Shown here in pieces: positions 24,722 to 29,284 of a stretch of 29,284 bases of DNA. The stretch covers positions 1 through 29,284 of the forward strand of contig JAYVCD010000298.1 of NCBI GenBank assembly GCA_043750125.1. The letters are read 5' to 3'. This DNA comes from Archangiaceae bacterium (GTDB lineage: Bacteria; Myxococcota; Myxococcia; Myxococcales; Myxococcaceae). Below the pieces are notes generated by a model that saw only the letters and a program-made list of their open reading frames with translations, had not been told where the DNA came from and searched no databases. The number at the start of each line of letters is the position of its first letter. Within the stretch, counting starts at the first letter, position 1. Both the position numbers and the translations under genes were made by a program.

Positions 24722-26889
24722 GGCTTCACCGTCGTCAGCTCGAGGGCGTGGGTCAGGGCTTCGAGGGTCATCTCTTTGAACGTGGGCAGCGTGCCATCGA
24801 GGGGGCGGCCGATGCGCTGAGCGACGCACGCCTCGCCCCCCAGCGGCCCGCGGTTGAGCCCGAAGGTCAACAGCTTCGTCGCCACGCACGTCCGGTAATC
24901 GGCCGATGCGGTGATCGCCGTCGCCAGCTCGTAGGGGTTGCGGACCACGGCCTTGTCGAGCTCCAGGTTGGTCTCGATCGGCGCCCCGTTGGAATAGGTG
25001 TCGCGCCAATTGCCCTGGGGGTCATACTTCTCGAGCGCGAGGCCGATGGGGTCCATCAGGTCGTGACAGCCTCCGCAGCGGGTGGCGGTGCTGCGGTGAA
25101 TGGCCATCTTCTGCGGCAGCGGAAGCGTCTGGTCGATCGCCCCGAAGGACAGGCTGATCTCTTCCAGCGTCGCCGCGTCGAGGTGCGGCAGCGAGCGGCA
25201 CAGCAGCCGGGTGAGCACCCACAGCCCACGGTGAATCGGCCGTCGGAACTCTGAGCCGCTGCCGGTGCGGGCGAGGAACAAGCCCTGCGAGAGCAGCCCT
25301 CCTCGCTCGGAGGTCGTGACCCGATAGCGCGGCTCGCCCGTGGCCTGGTAGCGCAGCTGGTAGAACTGCGCGAGCGGGACGTCGACCAGGCTGAAGCCCG
25401 GCTTGATCAAGCGCTCGGGGGCGAGGTTTTCGCTCAGGACTGCCTTGAACATCTCGCGCGTCTCTTCCTGCATCGACGCGGTCAACGGCCCCAGGGTGAT
25501 GACCTCGCGGAAGTCGAGCCATTGCCCCCCGAAGTTCGTGGCGAAGCGATCGAGGTTCTGGTCGAGCAGGCGCTCGGCCTGGGCGCGCACGGACTTCGGC
25601 TCTGACAGGCCGCCGGTTCCGGCCAGCATCCACAGCTCTTCGTCGGCGATCGAGCTGCGGAAGAAGAGCCCCAGCCGCGCGGCCACCCCGAAGCCCCGCT
25701 CGTCCGGGTCGAGGCCTCCGGGCACCAGCTCAGGCTTGAAGACGAAGTTTGGGGACATGAAGACCGCCTCCAGCGCGGCCGCCATTGCCTCGGTGACCGG
25801 CTCGGCGAAGCCCGCCGCAGCCGCGCTCTGCCGCGAGGCCTCGTACAGCGCGGCGTAGTCGGCGAGCTCGACCGCGCGCACCGGGCGGCGGAAGGCGCGG
25901 CTGGCAAGCCTTGCCACCAGCGGCTCGACGCAGTTGCTCCAGGTCCACGCCTGCTTTCGCGGAATGGCGGTGAAGGTGATCGCGGCCGTGAAAGCGGTGG
26001 TGTCGTAGCTGGGGTTCGCTTTGCGGTTCACCACGAAGTCGAGCAGATCGTTCTGGGCCAGGCTCACGGTCAGGTTGAAGGGCGCTCCACCTGCGTTGGG
26101 CACGTCTTGAGTGAAGAGCGCGACTCCGTTTTTTCGAATCGTCACCAGCACCCCGTCGCCGCCGCCGGGATCTCCGTCGTTGAACGCACCCGCGATGATC
26201 GCCGTCCCGTCGATAGGGGTCTTCCAGCGGCGAACCGCGTCGACCGTCGAGCCGGGGTGGGCTCCGGCGGGCATCAGCAGCACGGTTTGATCGGGCTCTT
26301 TGCGCCACAGCGAACGGGTGTTGTCGAACACCATCGCCGCGCCGCTCGAGTCAAGATACGACCAGCACTCGCGGCCCTGCGAATCGGAGAAGTCGTCCAG
26401 CGCCGAGTACCGGGGCTTGAGGGTGCAGGTGGGCGTCTGCACCGGGCGAATGGCCGGGCAATTCGCGGTGAAGGTCGGCGTCGCCAGCACCAGTGCCGAA
26501 AGGCTCTCGGCGGTGGCGAACTGCACCTCGAGGCCCTGAGCGTCGATGCGCGTCTCGCTCATGGTGTCGAAGCCGTACACCTGCGCCACCGGTGTCCACT
26601 GCGCGAAGAGCGTGTCGTTGAGCGGCAGGCCGAGGACGTCGGCGGCGATGGTGCGGTACTCGAAATTCGACAGCCGCAGCAGCTTGGGGATTGGGGCCGA
26701 GGCCGGCGTGCAGAGAACCGGCCCCGCATCGACCGGACGCCCCGCCACCGGACGACCCGCAGGCCCCAGGTAGGAAGAGGGATCCGGCGGCAGAAACTGC
26801 CCTTCACACCCGGCGAGCGGAAGCAGCGCGCAGCCAATCAGCGCTCGCAGCACTGCCCGAAACGGTCTGGGAAAACGGGGTGGCGGCAT
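24718..26889 (-). CDS. DUF1592/DUF1588/DUF1587/DUF1595/DUF1585 lipoprotein with a CXXCH motif and an inserted beta-sandwich domain
   Basis: Lipobox LAGC; LLRLSNFEYRT, RAFRRPV, SPNFVF, NFGGQWL, RGGLLSQ, PIHRGLWV, CGGCH..MDPIGLALEKYD..G.WR. Confidence 0.9.
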   Translation of the reverse strand: MPPPRFPRPFRAVLRALIGCALLPLAGCEGQFLPPDPSSYLGPAGRPVAGRPVDAGPVLCTPASAPIPKLLRLSNFEYRTIAADVLGLPLNDTLFAQWTPVAQVYGFDTMSETRIDAQGLEVQFATAESLSALVLATPTFTANCPAIRPVQTPTCTLKPRYSALDDFSDSQGRECWSYLDSSGAAMVFDNTRSLWRKEPDQTVLLMPAGAHPGSTVDAVRRWKTPIDGTAIIAGAFNDGDPGGGDGVLVTIRKNGVALFTQDVPNAGGAPFNLTVSLAQNDLLDFVVNRKANPSYDTTAFTAAITFTAIPRKQAWTWSNCVEPLVARLASRAFRRPVRAVELADYAALYEASRQSAAAAGFAEPVTEAMAAALEAVFMSPNFVFKPELVPGGLDPDERGFGVAARLGLFFRSSIADEELWMLAGTGGLSEPKSVRAQAERLLDQNLDRFATNFGGQWLDFREVITLGPLTASMQEETREMFKAVLSENLAPERLIKPGFSLVDVPLAQFYQLRYQATGEPRYRVTTSERGGLLSQGLFLARTGSGSEFRRPIHRGLWVLTRLLCRSLPHLDAATLEEISLSFGAIDQTLPLPQKMAIHRSTATRCGGCHDLMDPIGLALEKYDPQGNWRDTYSNGAPIETNLELDKAVVRNPYELATAITASADYRTCVATKLLTFGLNRGPLGGEACVAQRIGRPLDGTLPTFKEMTLEALTHALELTTVKP

Positions 26890-27192
26890 GAGGGAGTGTC
26901 GGGACTATGCCCTCGGCAGTTGTCACCCACCGTGGCGGCTGGGAAAATGTCCGCAATACTTTGAATTTACTCGCCCTACACCCCCCCGTAAATGTCGTGA
27001 AAGAGATGACCTGCGGTCGCCCAAATCGGCTCGGCAGAGGGCGGGTTGAGCGGCTTGTTTACAGTGGAAAGGTCGATTCGCCATTTCCCAGACCGATTTC
27101 CGCTCGAGGCCCTGCCCGCGAAGTCAGCAGCCAACTTCCGACCCTTTGGCGAGGCTCAACTGTCTTCGCTCGCAGCTCGAAAACCGGTATGA

Positions 27193-29284
<2,092 letters not shown>

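Overview
GC-rich bacterial DNA with a strongly myxobacterial character (Cys-rich lipoproteins, DAG/Gly linkers, FHA-GGDEF protein, DUF1552/DUF1592 pair, sigma54-type promoters). The window opens with the 3' end (domains 5 and 6) of a group II intron. Its predicted last two bases (AT) are also the first two bases of the ATG of an 812-aa surface lipoprotein carrying 13 disintegrin-like repeats. From about 2.5 to 16 kb lies an accessory region: M20 amidohydrolase, EamA transporter, FHA-diguanylate cyclase, PlsC acyltransferase, Cys-rich/beta-propeller lipoprotein, probable beta-barrel, TPR-like protein, M15 peptidase, di-heme cytochrome c and intradiol dioxygenase-like protein. This region also contains four clean deletion junctions that have broken a LysR regulator, an LLM oxidoreductase, a B-lectin and a GH25 lysozyme. 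The right half holds an addB-addA-like helicase/nuclease operon (AddA has an in-frame 24-bp tandem repeat ending in a REP-like sequence), a DUF1592/DUF1552 pair, purA and a partial Cys-rich gene. No CRISPR array, tRNA or rRNA was seen. All family assignments come from reading motifs by eye; no database search was run.
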